The notes: generated from the sequence alone by a model not told the origin. A stretch of 64,000 nt of DNA from an uncultured bacterium (GCA_964443615.1 CAYUEE010000002.1:32076-96075), one strand, 5' to 3'; shown: positions 41,050 to 51,449, numbered from the stretch's first letter. Numbers and translations: made by a program.

Positions 41050-42100
41050 GATTCCCGGCGATGGTATTGGACCAGAAGTCGCTCAAGCCACCAAAACGGT
41101 CCTGGAGGCCACTGGGATCCCATTCGACTGGATCACGGTAGATGCAGGGGTGGATGTGATCGAAAAGTATGGCACACCACTCCCGCCCGAAGTCCTCGAT
41201 GCCATTCGGGACACTAAAATCGCCATCAAAGGACCCATTGGCACGCCCATCGGTACCGGCTTCCGCTCCGTCAACGTCGCCATTCGCAAAGAACTAGACC
41301 TGTACGCCAATCTGCGGCCAGCCAAATCCCTCGTTGGGGTCAAGAGCTTTTTCCAAAACATTGACCTAATTGTGGTGCGTGAGAACACTGAAGACCTGTA
41401 CGCCGGCATTGAATTTGCAGCAGGTACCCCTGAGGCCAAAGAGATTGAAGAGGATATGATCAAACGCAGTGGCAAGCCAATTGTCCCTGGAGCGGCCATC
41501 GGTATTAAACCCATTTCAGACTTCGGGAGCCGCCGAATTATCAAATTTGCCTTTGAATATGCTAAATCGAATGGCCGCAAGAAGGTGACTGCTGTCCACA
41601 AGGCTAATATCATGAAGTTCACTGATGGCCTGTTCTTGGAAATCGCCCGTGAAGTCGCGGCTGGCTATCCTGAGCTTGAGTTTGAAGATCGTATTGTCGA
41701 TAACATGTGTATGCAGTTAATGCAGAAGCCCGAACTCTACGATGTCTTGGTGATGCCTAATCTGTACGGTGATATCCTTTCTGATCTCTGTGCTGGGATG
41801 ATCGGGGGGTTAGGGGTAGCACCGGGGGCAAACATTGGGGATGATCTCGCTGTATTCGAGGCCATTCACGGATCGGCACCTAAGTATGCTGGCCAAAACA
41901 AAGTCAACCCTGTGGCCCTAATCCTCTCGGGCGTATTGATGTTGAACTATCTGGGTGAACGCGACGCGGCCGCTAAGGTTCAAAAAGCAGTTGAAGACGT
42001 TATCGCTGCTGGGGAACGGGTAACATACGATCTGGCTAAAGGGGATCCTGTCGGAACTCAACAAATGGCCGAGGCGATTGCTGAAAAGGTGGCCGCCTAG
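41030..42100 (+). CDS. Isocitrate/isopropylmalate dehydrogenase family protein, short (about 356 aa) NAD-IDH / homoisocitrate dehydrogenase-like type
   Basis: [15 protein letters not shown]..., [25 protein letters not shown] and GSAPKYAG motifs. AAGGAG lies 6 nt before GTG at 41030, and ATG at 41048 is an alternative. Substrate is not assignable by eye. Confidence 0.92.
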   Translation: MVYRVTMIPGDGIGPEVAQATKTVLEATGIPFDWITVDAGVDVIEKYGTPLPPEVLDAIRDTKIAIKGPIGTPIGTGFRSVNVAIRKELDLYANLRPAKSLVGVKSFFQNIDLIVVRENTEDLYAGIEFAAGTPEAKEIEEDMIKRSGKPIVPGAAIGIKPISDFGSRRIIKFAFEYAKSNGRKKVTAVHKANIMKFTDGLFLEIAREVAAGYPELEFEDRIVDNMCMQLMQKPELYDVLVMPNLYGDILSDLCAGMIGGLGVAPGANIGDDLAVFEAIHGSAPKYAGQNKVNPVALILSGVLMLNYLGERDAAAKVQKAVEDVIAAGERVTYDLAKGDPVGTQQMAEAIAEKVAA

Positions 42101-42587
42101 TCTCAATCCTGGAGGCACAGGATCCCCATTCCCTCTAACCTCTCCCATTCCCTGGACAGAGTGCTCTGGGATGGATCCTGTTCACCTCCGTTCACTGGTC
42201 ATAGATTAGACCTAACTGTTTTCGATAAAATCCCCTGTAGAATCAGTCGATAAAGAATGTGAGTATTTAGCAAAAACAATAAGTAGGTAGGATCCTTTTT
42301 CATATTTTTTAGACAATACACTAGAACTAGGTAAGCAGCAGCCTGATCGCGTAATAATCCTTGCTACTTAGGCTAGCTAGCACGCTAAATGTAGTGCTAC
42401 TGCGCGGATAGGTAGGGTCGTTGAGCGGAGACTCTGCCTTCCATAGTGAGGGATAGTGGGGCAGATAGGAAAGAATAACTTGATAAGACATGTTAAATCG
42501 TCATCCGCCAAACCGCGTAAACGTGCACATTGGCTACGACAAATGTATGATTAAGACATTGATGATGTTTGTATAGGAGTAATTGTC

Positions 42588-42719
42588 ATGGATCCTGCTT
42601 CTCTCAAACCGGCTGACTCAATGACTGAAGCTGCAATCGAGGCTGCTGTCCAAGAGCTGCTGAATCAGTGGGACGAAAACTATCTATGTGGGTTTGGGCT
42701 GGATAGCACTCCGAACTGA
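42588..42719 (+). CDS. Candidate small ORF (43 aa)
   Basis: AGGAG at 42575-42579 lies 8 nt before the ATG. The product is MDPASLKPADSMTEAAIEAAVQELLNQWDENYLCGFGLDSTPN. It falls below the ORF-track length cut-off, and I recognised no family. Confidence 0.3.
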   Translation: MDPASLKPADSMTEAAIEAAVQELLNQWDENYLCGFGLDSTPN

Positions 42720-42973
42720 GTTGGTTCGTCCACGTTGTTGGGCAGCACGTAAAGCACAAGCCTAAGGCTGTCAATCAACTTGAGATTGTCTAGGCATTAG
42801 TCAGATTTGGATATGACCGATTGATTCAAGGTATTTTATTCAAGATGTTTTGGCTCAAAGCATTCTGGTTTAAAGCGGTCTGATTCAGAACGGTGATCCC
42901 CCTCAATCTCCTCAGAGAGTAGCCGTGCTCTGGGAGGAGTGATTCAATATAGGGTATGTGAGGGGTGTTTATC

Positions 42974-43909
42974 ATGGTCACGCAATATCGTTTATTTGGG
43001 TTGGGGGGCATCCTTGGGCTACTGATTTGTGGCTTTGATGTGCCCGTAACTGCTCAGGCTCTGTCTGCGGAGCGTGAGGATCCTCGGCAACCAACCAGCA
43101 TAGGGTTAAATGAATTAGCCTCGAGCAACACTACAGAGATTTTAGTTGCTCAGGGGTTGTCTAGCCCGGAGCTCGATGATGCGTTATCGGATCTTAGGGC
43201 TACGTTCACTGAGATTGAAGCAATTACTGTTCCTAGCTTTGCCGTTAGTTCCCCTGGATACACCATTGTTAACCCTGCTGGCTATGGATCCGGATTTGGG
43301 TCGGCTTACATTGCTGCTGGTGGTGTGTTCGAACGGCGATTTGATGACCAAGGGCAGGCTGGTGTCGGGGTTGGGTTCGGCTTGGGGGATCCGGCTAGTT
43401 ATGTTGGTATGGATGTGAGCTATGTGTTAGCAGACCTAGATGAGGGGATTGGGGGGTTCAGCTTCAAAGTCCATCGTAATCTAGTCAATACCTCAAAATT
43501 GGGGTGGGCTGTTGGGGTCGGTTGGGAAGACTTCGTCACTACAGGTGAACCCTCTCGGGACTCATCGGTATATGGCTCCACGAGCGTAATCTTAAAGTTG
43601 AACCCTGATATTAGTCAGTCCTTCAGTCGATTGGCACTAACGGTTGGAGTGGGTGGCGGACGATTTCGGTCGGAGGACGATATTCTTGAAGGTAACGGGA
43701 CCGTGGGAGTCTTTGGGAGTGCGGCTGTGCGGGTGACCCGCTCTGTGAGTGTAATTGGAGAGTGGACTGGACAGGATCTAGCCGCTGGTGTTTCGGTGGC
43801 CCCGTTCCCTGAGATCAACTTTTTTATCACGCCGGCGCTTCGAGATTTGGTTGGTGCTGGAGATGATCCTCGCGTTTCTGTTAGTACAGGTCTATCGTTC
43901 AATTTTTAA
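42974..43909 (+). CDS. Putative outer-membrane beta-barrel protein
   Basis: Signal peptide ending VTAQA. The body is Gly/aromatic-rich with alternating hydrophobicity, and the C-terminus ends ...STGLSFNF with a terminal Phe, as is typical of OMPs. Confidence 0.65.
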   Translation: MVTQYRLFGLGGILGLLICGFDVPVTAQALSAEREDPRQPTSIGLNELASSNTTEILVAQGLSSPELDDALSDLRATFTEIEAITVPSFAVSSPGYTIVNPAGYGSGFGSAYIAAGGVFERRFDDQGQAGVGVGFGLGDPASYVGMDVSYVLADLDEGIGGFSFKVHRNLVNTSKLGWAVGVGWEDFVTTGEPSRDSSVYGSTSVILKLNPDISQSFSRLALTVGVGGGRFRSEDDILEGNGTVGVFGSAAVRVTRSVSVIGEWTGQDLAAGVSVAPFPEINFFITPALRDLVGAGDDPRVSVSTGLSFNF

Positions 43910-43930
43910 TTGTTCATGATAGTTGACGAT

Positions 43931-43978
43931 CACACAGCTCGATCAGCACACAGCTCGATTAGTAGACAGCTCAATTGA
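43931..43978. repeat. 16-bp tandem repeat (CACACAGCTCGATCAG-like, 3 copies)
   Basis: cacacagctcgatcag cacacagctcgattag tagacagctcaattga, directly after the preceding stop codon. Confidence 0.65.
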
Positions 43979-44119
43979 TGTGCAACGTAAAGATCTCTTT
44001 TAAGCTAGAGATCAAACGCACTCAGAGAGCTTATTTGTAGGTTAGGGACACCGCTAGATTCGAGTCTGGCTCACCACAGTCAGCATGTTAGTCAGCACGT
44101 TATTGAGAGGAGAGACTCC

Positions 44120-44659
44120 ATGAAGACAGTATGGGCAGGTGTTCTACTTCTGGGAATGGTTAGTTTAGGGATCCTCAATCCCAGTCATGCCCAAGATAGC
44201 GTTACAGTTCCTGTCGATGTCACGATTACGGTCCCTGAACCGCCTCCCCCACCAATGGCACCGGAGTCTGTTGTGATTCCCACCACGTCTATCAATGTTG
44301 TAACGAGTGCTGAACCGACGGTAGTGTCTCCCCCTTCTGGGTTTGTAGCAGGATTTAGTGCTGAAATCTGTGGGGGCATTGGTAACCCTCTTCAAGACGG
44401 GATCCGTCGCTTTGCAGACTTAACCGAAGAGCGTCAACGGACCTCCACTCGGACTGAACAAGAACGCTTGGACCGAGACATTTTGGCAGAAGGGTTGAAG
44501 TTACCGGATCTCGTGGTTGAAGAGATCACGAGCCGAGGGCTTACCCGTGGTCAAACAGCTGATTGCGATGATTTACTCGACGGTATCACCCAGCTGATGA
44601 CTGAAGTGGCTGATTATCTTGGAGCCCTTCAAAATGCCCGCTCTTCAGTACTTTGGTAG
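44120..44659 (+). CDS. Hypothetical secreted protein (179 aa)
   Basis: GGAGAG SD and a signal peptide (MKTVWAGVLLLGMVSLGILNPSHA). A proline-rich segment is followed by a helical C-terminal part. Confidence 0.7.
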   Translation: MKTVWAGVLLLGMVSLGILNPSHAQDSVTVPVDVTITVPEPPPPPMAPESVVIPTTSINVVTSAEPTVVSPPSGFVAGFSAEICGGIGNPLQDGIRRFADLTEERQRTSTRTEQERLDRDILAEGLKLPDLVVEEITSRGLTRGQTADCDDLLDGITQLMTEVADYLGALQNARSSVLW

Positions 44660-44662
44660 TCA

Positions 44663-44710
44663 GGCTCTGATCATTAGGCTCTGATCATTAGGCTCTGATC
44701 ATTAGGCTCT
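44663..44710. repeat. 14-bp tandem repeat (GGCTCTGATCATTA, about 3.4 copies) bracketed by GGTAGTCAG direct repeats
   Basis: Direct reading. GGTAGTCAG occurs at 44655-44663 and again at 44711-44719. Each unit contains the palindrome TGATCA. Confidence 0.85.
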
Positions 44711-44741
44711 GGTAGTCAGACCTCATAAGGAAGGAACTCAT

Positions 44742-46430
44742 ATGATACAACGGTGGCACTGGATAGGGAGACTCCTAGCTTCTGGATGTTTGGTCCTGAG
44801 TGGCTGTAGCTCATCGTCTCAACCAGGATCCGTTCAGTTAGACCCCATTGACGTGTCCTTTCGGCTCGATGTCTCCCGATTACTTCCCGTTTTACCCGGC
44901 ACTAGCGTCCAAGTGATTTTAGACACAGCCACTGAGACCCGATCCAGTTCGCTCATTCCTGTTAGCGACACAGAGGATGTCCTCCCCCGAGTCTTGTTTG
45001 AGGATGTAGCTGCCGGTCCTGCTACCCTTCAATGTTTCACACTTGTTCAAGGCCAAATCCGCGATGATTTATCAGGTCCCCTCCTCCTCTTGACCCTGGT
45101 ACCCGGAACAAATGATGTCACCCTCGATTGTTTTACCCCAATTCCTACCCCAACTCTGACACCAACTTCGACCCCAACATCTCCATTGACTCCGACTCCT
45201 GCAGCCCCTCCGACTCTGGAACCAACGCCCACATCAGTACCGTCTCCTACGCCTCTCCCCACTCCGACATCACCACCGTCTCCTACCCCGGATGAAACAC
45301 CGACGCCTGTCCCTAGCCCTAGTCCATCCCCCACGCCGCTGCCTATCTCAACACCCGGCGTTTTCAATTTTGGGTTTGCGGCTACCACTATTTCCGAAGA
45401 AGATGAAGAGATTCTGCGAATTCCAGTTCTGCGCCAATTTGATACTAATGGTGAGGCTCAGGTCACCTATACAATTGCTGGAACTGCTAGTTTAGGCAGT
45501 GATTACGTGATTAGCCCTCGCAGTTCTGAAGGATCCTTTGGGGTTCTTGACTTTACGGATGGCCAGAGTGTCCACTTTATTGAAATTCAGTCCATACAGG
45601 ATGTTGAGATTGAAGTGAATGAAACCATTGATCTACAGCTGGTATCAGCAACGGGTGATGCGACAATTGGCCTGCGAGATCAGTTTGGGGTGACGATTAT
45701 CGATGATGATGAAGGGGCGAGTGAGCCTGGGGTCTTTCAGTTTGAAATGCCTTCGGATCCTGATGTGTTTGAGGATGGTACATCAACCCAGATCAGAGTT
45801 GTGCGTGCACAGGGCAGTGATGGAGACGTTGAGGTTGTCTTCACAATTGCTGGCAGTGCTGAGAAAACAGTTGATTATGTGATTCTGGATCCGTCTTTGT
45901 CTAATGGTATAGGGACACTCACTTTTGCCGATCAACAGACTGAGGCCTTTATTACACTAGCTCCTCTGGTGGATTCATTGACGGAGGATCCTGAGACCAT
46001 TGAATTTGAATTGAGCTCTGTGTCAGCTGGATCCATTGGATCGCCTAGCCAGGTTACCTTGACTCTTCTAGACGTACCTGCCACTATGCCAACTCTGAAC
46101 TGTTCAGCGGGCCTCATCAGTGCTGACTCAGGTAGCTTCAGCGCTCTGTTGGCGATTGAACGGGTTAATACAACCGCGCCAATTCAATTGTCTGATGTCA
46201 ATATTGCTAGCCAATTTCCAGACTCAGTGATTACCTTCATGCCCGAATTAATTGTTGATCCAAGCCCAACTGTCAATGCAACGCTGAGTGTGTTGACCTC
46301 TAGCCCCACATTTGAGACCACTGTTCAGGTTAAGGCCAACACTACACCTACAGAGGAAGAAGAAGAGGCCTCTTGCTTTATCGATATTCCGATTGACCCT
46401 GGTGGTGGGGAGCCTGGCTCTGAAGGGTGA
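44742..46430 (+). CDS. Lipoprotein with a Pro/Thr-rich linker and two Calx-beta domains
   Basis: Lipobox LSGCSS. Long linker [18 protein letters not shown]... Two Calx-beta-like modules are present ([16 protein letters not shown]...VTIIDDDE and [16 protein letters not shown]). Confidence 0.85.
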   Translation: MIQRWHWIGRLLASGCLVLSGCSSSSQPGSVQLDPIDVSFRLDVSRLLPVLPGTSVQVILDTATETRSSSLIPVSDTEDVLPRVLFEDVAAGPATLQCFTLVQGQIRDDLSGPLLLLTLVPGTNDVTLDCFTPIPTPTLTPTSTPTSPLTPTPAAPPTLEPTPTSVPSPTPLPTPTSPPSPTPDETPTPVPSPSPSPTPLPISTPGVFNFGFAATTISEEDEEILRIPVLRQFDTNGEAQVTYTIAGTASLGSDYVISPRSSEGSFGVLDFTDGQSVHFIEIQSIQDVEIEVNETIDLQLVSATGDATIGLRDQFGVTIIDDDEGASEPGVFQFEMPSDPDVFEDGTSTQIRVVRAQGSDGDVEVVFTIAGSAEKTVDYVILDPSLSNGIGTLTFADQQTEAFITLAPLVDSLTEDPETIEFELSSVSAGSIGSPSQVTLTLLDVPATMPTLNCSAGLISADSGSFSALLAIERVNTTAPIQLSDVNIASQFPDSVITFMPELIVDPSPTVNATLSVLTSSPTFETTVQVKANTTPTEEEEEASCFIDIPIDPGGGEPGSEG

Positions 46431-46433
46431 GCT

Positions 46434-46922
46434 TTACGGTTTTTTCCCAGCGGTGGGCTCCTCAATTTGATTAATATCGACTAAGTTCCAGGCACACCCC
46501 TGATTGCGATAGAGTCGTTTGTTGAGGTTGGGGTATTCGCTGACATCATGAGGTAAGCGCTGTCCCACGACAATACATCGCAGGATCCCTTCTCCTGAGT
46601 TACAGAGTTTATGGGGTTTGCCACCTGCGCGATATCCAATGAAATCACCGGCTCGAACCGTATAGACCTCGTCACCGATCGTTGCTTCCGCTTCACCGTC
46701 GAGGACATAAACGCATTCTTCCTCAAAGAAGTGCATGTGTAATTCAGTGGACTCAAACCCAGGATCCACTTCAATGAGATGAAAGCCTATGCCTAATAAC
46801 CCTGTTAAATCCCCCAGAGACTTATTACGGCACTGAGCATTAGGATTAAGAAAATGGATTTTATTTAGCCCTTCGTCAGCCTCAATTTCGGCTCGGGTAA
46901 TGAGATATTTATCGCGTGTCAT
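46434..46922 (-). CDS. Cupin-domain protein
   Basis: 162 aa with the cupin motifs HMHFFEEECVYVLDGEA...GDFIGY...PHKLCN. Confidence 0.85.
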   Translation of the reverse strand: MTRDKYLITRAEIEADEGLNKIHFLNPNAQCRNKSLGDLTGLLGIGFHLIEVDPGFESTELHMHFFEEECVYVLDGEAEATIGDEVYTVRAGDFIGYRAGGKPHKLCNSGEGILRCIVVGQRLPHDVSEYPNLNKRLYRNQGCAWNLVDINQIEEPTAGKKP

Positions 46923-47240
46923 GAGCTAGTGGCCTGGTTCAAGAGTTCATACTTAGCAAAGTGATCCACCCGAGCTGCGGCCAAGCGATCTAAGGGTTGT
47001 ACCCAAGGTTGAAGATGGATCTTTCAAACGCTAGTGGTATACCTCAAGGGCTGTCAAGCTTATGAAGCTAAATCTTACAATTGGTAATGTCTGTTAATGG
47101 CAGTGTGTTAACTCACTGAGGCCTAACTGAAGACCAAGTAAGACCAGAGATTTAAATCGAAGTTAATCATAATACTAGACTCACCCCTCATACTTGAGGT
47201 ACGTTCTAACCAGTAGAAATATTTTTGGAGCTTAGTTGAA

Positions 47241-47567
47241 ATGGATGGACTTCTGAATTTACTCCTTTTCCTGGGATTCTACGCTTTTGGATCCTACACT
47301 CTCATGGTGATTGGTCAGAAACTAGATGTTCCCGCCGCTTGGTTAGCGTGGGTGCCTGTTGCATCTATTTGGGTTTTCGTGAAAGCTGCGGATAAGCCTT
47401 GGTGGTGGATCCTGTTGTTGCTAGTACCCCTTGTTAATATCATCATTGTGTTTGTCCTTTTATTCTCCATTCCACCTCGGTTAGGGAAATCAGCATTGTG
47501 GGGATTAGTCATTTTCTTTCCTGTTTTGGGGGCTCTGATTTACCAAGGTGTACTGGCTTTTGGCTAG
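47241..47567 (+). CDS. Small membrane protein (DUF5684-like)
   Basis: 108 aa with three TM helices and the characteristic KPWWWILLLLVPLVNII segment. Confidence 0.7.
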   Translation: MDGLLNLLLFLGFYAFGSYTLMVIGQKLDVPAAWLAWVPVASIWVFVKAADKPWWWILLLLVPLVNIIIVFVLLFSIPPRLGKSALWGLVIFFPVLGALIYQGVLAFG

Positions 47568-47704
47568 GTTAGCGGTATTAAGGCTGATGATATGGTAGCG
47601 GTTTGATCCTGATAGTCAGCCTTTTCAGCTCTCTCTCTGTGGAATTAATGGATTGTTTAAAGGGTCCCTGAGGTAAAAGTCAAATACTCGTCGAGTCCAC
47701 TGTA

Positions 47705-48862
47705 ATGATGTTGCGTTATGGTCGTCGTCAAGCTTTGTCCTTGGGCGCTGCAGGACTAGCCTCTCTAGCGACAGGATCCTTTAGTTGGGCACGGGATGCC
47801 TATACAGGCCCGAACGTTATCATTATCCGGTTTGGGGGTGGAGTCCGACGGCAAGAAACTATTGTAGCTGAGACAACCTATGCCCCTTTTTTGCAACGGA
47901 TCCTGATCCCTCGGGGGATCCTGTTTGCGGGGATGGAAATTGAGCAGATTGAAGGAGTAGATACCAGTCACGGTGAGGGGACGCTTCATATCCTCACGGG
48001 CAAGTACAAAGGATTTTCTAAAGTACCTGGAGGCCCTGTACAACGGTTGGAGCCAGATGTTCCTACCTTGTTTGAGTATCTCCGCAAGCATTTCCCGGTT
48101 CCCGTTCATCAAGCTTTGTTGATTAATGGGGAAGACCGAACGGCTGAAGAGTTTTTTACGTTTAGCACTCACCACCATTTTGGTGTGGAATTTCGCAGTC
48201 AAGTGTTGAGTCTTTACCGATTTAAGATTCATCGCCTACGTCGTGAACTTGATAGTGGTCTACTCACAGAGACAGATGTCCAAACCAAGACACGCGAATT
48301 AGAACGCTTAGAACAACAAGACTATCAGAGTACAGGGTCCAACTCTTCTGAATTAGCTGCATTCTGGGACCGCTGGCATCACTATTATGGATCCTCCGGT
48401 CTAATCAACCCCAGAGGAGATCGGGTTCTGACAGAACTGGCAGTGTGGGCCATTCGAGATCTACGGCCTAAGTTATTAATGATTAATTACCAGGATCCGG
48501 ATTATGTCCATTGGGGGTATAAATCTCATTATTACAATGGGATTACAATTATTGATCAGGGTATTCAACGTCTGTTTGCAGTAGTAGAACAGGATCCTGA
48601 GTATCGTGACAATACGGTTGTTTGCATTGTACCTGATTGTGGGCGAGACTCTAACCCTTTTTTGGCCGTTCCCTTTCAGCATCACTTCAACTCTCGTTCG
48701 GCCCATGAAATCTTTGCTCTGTTGATTGGGCCAGGAATACCTTCCAACCAGAGAGTAGATAAAGTGGTGTCTCAAGTAGATATTGCCCCAACTCTAGCTC
48801 AATTAATGGGATTTAAGACTGAGTTCGCTGAAGGACAGATCCTAGAGGAGGCTTTTGTGTAG
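47705..48862 (+). CDS. Tat-signal protein of the alkaline-phosphatase superfamily (sulfatase/DUF1501-like), divergent
   Basis: N-terminal GRRQALSLGAAGLASLATGSFSWA resembles a twin-arginine signal. C-terminal DIAPTLAQLMGF and PDCGRD resemble sulfatase / AP-superfamily segments. Canonical N-terminal metal or nucleophile residues are not obvious. Confidence 0.7.
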   Translation: MMLRYGRRQALSLGAAGLASLATGSFSWARDAYTGPNVIIIRFGGGVRRQETIVAETTYAPFLQRILIPRGILFAGMEIEQIEGVDTSHGEGTLHILTGKYKGFSKVPGGPVQRLEPDVPTLFEYLRKHFPVPVHQALLINGEDRTAEEFFTFSTHHHFGVEFRSQVLSLYRFKIHRLRRELDSGLLTETDVQTKTRELERLEQQDYQSTGSNSSELAAFWDRWHHYYGSSGLINPRGDRVLTELAVWAIRDLRPKLLMINYQDPDYVHWGYKSHYYNGITIIDQGIQRLFAVVEQDPEYRDNTVVCIVPDCGRDSNPFLAVPFQHHFNSRSAHEIFALLIGPGIPSNQRVDKVVSQVDIAPTLAQLMGFKTEFAEGQILEEAFV

Positions 48863-48918
48863 TCAAGGACTACTAGCTGACTAATATTTATTAGATCCTA
48901 ATCAACTGTTCTAGGATC

Positions 48919-49695
48919 CTACTTAAACGGAGATATCCCACAGTCTTGGAGAAAGGGAAACCACTCACGATCGGTGAGATTAGGCTGTAAGGGTGTGATA
49001 GTAATGTAGTTACTCTGGATAGCTTGAATATCTGATAAGGGATCTACCCTATCCATTTGGATCTCACCGGCTAGCCAGTAGTAGGTTCGTCCTCGAGGAT
49101 CCTGTCTTTTTTCAAAAATGTCAGTGTATTTGCGAGTACCTAGTGGCGCTAGAGTAAGGCCTTTGATCTGATCCTGAGGAACGGAGGGGACGTTGACATT
49201 CAGTAACGTGGGGTGAGACAGCGGATTCTGTTGAAACTTAATCAATAGATTGGCAGCAGTATCTGCAGCAAGTTGAAAATCTCGGCTAGTGTAACTTGCT
49301 AGGCTAATTGCGATGCTAGGAATGTCCCCCATCAACCCTTCCATGGCTGCCGAGACTGTCCCTGAATAAAGAACATCAGTCCCTAAATTGGCGCCTTGAT
49401 TGATGCCGCACACAACCCAATCAGGGCGGGAATCTACTAACGCATCTAAACCGAACTTGACACAATCTGCGGGGGTTCCCGAACAGGACCACGCTTGAAT
49501 TCGAGGATCGAAGCCAGTCTGAACAGCCTCAACACGGACCGGATCGTACAGCGTCAAGGCATGGCCTGTCGCCGATCGTTCCCGATCAGGACAGACAACC
49601 GTGATGTGATGGCCTAGATCCTGAGCTAGCCGATTAGCCAGTGCCCGAACCCCTGGTGCAAATACGCCGTCGTCATTACTAATCAACAGGTTCAC
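48919..49695 (-). CDS. surE: 5'/3'-nucleotidase SurE
   Basis: [19 protein letters not shown]...GINQGANLG...[11 protein letters not shown]. The start codon is GTG. Confidence 0.95.
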   Translation of the reverse strand: MNLLISNDDGVFAPGVRALANRLAQDLGHHITVVCPDRERSATGHALTLYDPVRVEAVQTGFDPRIQAWSCSGTPADCVKFGLDALVDSRPDWVVCGINQGANLGTDVLYSGTVSAAMEGLMGDIPSIAISLASYTSRDFQLAADTAANLLIKFQQNPLSHPTLLNVNVPSVPQDQIKGLTLAPLGTRKYTDIFEKRQDPRGRTYYWLAGEIQMDRVDPLSDIQAIQSNYITITPLQPNLTDREWFPFLQDCGISPFK

Positions 49696-49796
49696 AGGCT
49701 AATCCTCGCAAGTACGGATCCTATTGTGACCCATTGAGCCACAAGATGTAATCTCGAAAGCCTACACTGAGGGTTGATAGATGGAGCTGATTCAAC

Positions 49797-50318
49797 ATGT
49801 TATCGTTTCGAATTCGACCTGCTGTCCCAGCCGATGTCCCTGCTATGTTTCAGCTGATTCAACAGTTGGCTGCTTATGAAAAACTGGAGCATCAAGTCAC
49901 TGGATCTGTTGAACTCTTGCATGAGCACATATTTGGCGAAAATGCAGTCGCTAGTGTACTGCTAGCAGAGGTTCCAGACTCTCAGCATCCTGTAGGTCAG
50001 GCAATTTACTTTCGGACCTTTTCTACCTTCTTAACCCGTCCTGGCCTGTACTTAGAAGATCTATTTGTCCAACCTGAGTATCGAGGCCGAGGTATTGGCA
50101 AAGCGTTTCTAGTTAATCTGGCCAAAATAGCAGTAGAGCAAGGCTATGGACGGTTAGAGTGGATGGTTTTGGATTGGAATGAACCTGCCATTCAGTTCTA
50201 CAGCAAGATAGGGGCTTTACAACTATCAGAATGGATCCCAAACCGAGTGACCGGGGCTGCTTTACTTCAGTTAGCTCAATCCGAAAAAGAGGATAGAGCT
50301 GGACAAGTCATTTCATAA
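49797..50318 (+). CDS. GNAT-family N-acetyltransferase (diamine/spermidine acetyltransferase-like)
   Basis: 173 aa with the acetyl-CoA binding motif YRGRGIGKAFL. Confidence 0.9.
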   Translation: MLSFRIRPAVPADVPAMFQLIQQLAAYEKLEHQVTGSVELLHEHIFGENAVASVLLAEVPDSQHPVGQAIYFRTFSTFLTRPGLYLEDLFVQPEYRGRGIGKAFLVNLAKIAVEQGYGRLEWMVLDWNEPAIQFYSKIGALQLSEWIPNRVTGAALLQLAQSEKEDRAGQVIS

Positions 50319-50447
50319 CATTGCCTCACATGAATTGAGGATCTAGATCACAACATAGACTTGGATTGGATCCTAATTTGATTACCTTGACCTGATATGG
50401 TTGATTTGACCCGATTAATGATCTTGACTTAACCGAAACCTGAATTT

Positions 50448-51449
50448 CTAGGTATATCTAGAAAGAATTTGATCCAAAGATATAAAGCGAGAGGACAGTC
50501 CGAAAGTGTGAGCATTTACTGTGTTGTGGACAAAGTGTCGATGCTGCAAGCAATAGTCATCCCAGGGTGATAATTTAATATTTAGAATGAAGGCGATACC
50601 TCGTAAAAAGCGAATAGGTACGGGGAGACGGAAGTAAATCCGTTTTTGGTAGTAAGAGCACATTTCTGTGACAGATTGATTAAAGGTCATTGCCGGATTG
50701 CCTAGAACCCAATCGCTCTCAAGTGTAGGATACTCCAAGAGATAGGCGACGATTTGAGCAATATCTTCAGCATGAATAAAGTGAAAGCTAGCATCAACTT
50801 TCAAAAAGCGGACAACTGATAACCATTGGGTTACCTCATGAAGTCCAGCCGTAATATGAGAGTAGGGATGATGGGGACTGCCGCCAAACAACAAGGTCGG
50901 GTATAAGGTGACGAGACGATCCTGGAGCGGAAAACTATCTCGTTTCATCAACATGTCGTACTTTGTGCGAATGTAAGCTGTTCCATGCTCACCAGCTATC
51001 TCCACAGGCTGGTTATACTGGTCTAGGAGGCTCGCTGTTGAAAAATACAGGATCCGTTGGCACCGATCAGGATCGAGATAGTTGAAAAGCTCCAATGTCT
51101 TGCTGACATTCACGGTGTAAGCTAACTGTTCATCTCCCCAGGCTGCTGCCAGGTGAATCACAGCGTCCATCTGACTCAGCAATTCAGCCTGATGATGAAT
51201 GGCGATGAGGTCACCATCAACTAAGGTGATTTGGGATCCTGCGGCCTCGGCCTGATCCAGGAATCCAGGTGGCCACTGTAACTTGGCTCGATTCCGTACT
51301 AGGAGGTAAAGATGGTAAGGCGGTGGCACCCTTAGAGTGGAATTGTCGTGTTGCTTGTCTCGACTGCTGTTGGAGGGCAGTAGGGCAAGCTGTTCGACCA
51401 CGTAATGCCCTACGCATCCGCTAGCACCTGTAATAAAAATCCTTCGCAA
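50448..51449 (-). CDS. NAD-dependent epimerase/dehydratase family protein (extended SDR)
   Basis: N-terminal RIFITGASGCVGHYV Rossmann motif and YxxxK (YIRTKYDM). The start codon is TTG. Confidence 0.85.
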   Translation of the reverse strand: MRRIFITGASGCVGHYVVEQLALLPSNSSRDKQHDNSTLRVPPPYHLYLLVRNRAKLQWPPGFLDQAEAAGSQITLVDGDLIAIHHQAELLSQMDAVIHLAAAWGDEQLAYTVNVSKTLELFNYLDPDRCQRILYFSTASLLDQYNQPVEIAGEHGTAYIRTKYDMLMKRDSFPLQDRLVTLYPTLLFGGSPHHPYSHITAGLHEVTQWLSVVRFLKVDASFHFIHAEDIAQIVAYLLEYPTLESDWVLGNPAMTFNQSVTEMCSYYQKRIYFRLPVPIRFLRGIAFILNIKLSPWDDYCLQHRHFVHNTVNAHTFGLSSRFISLDQILSRYT

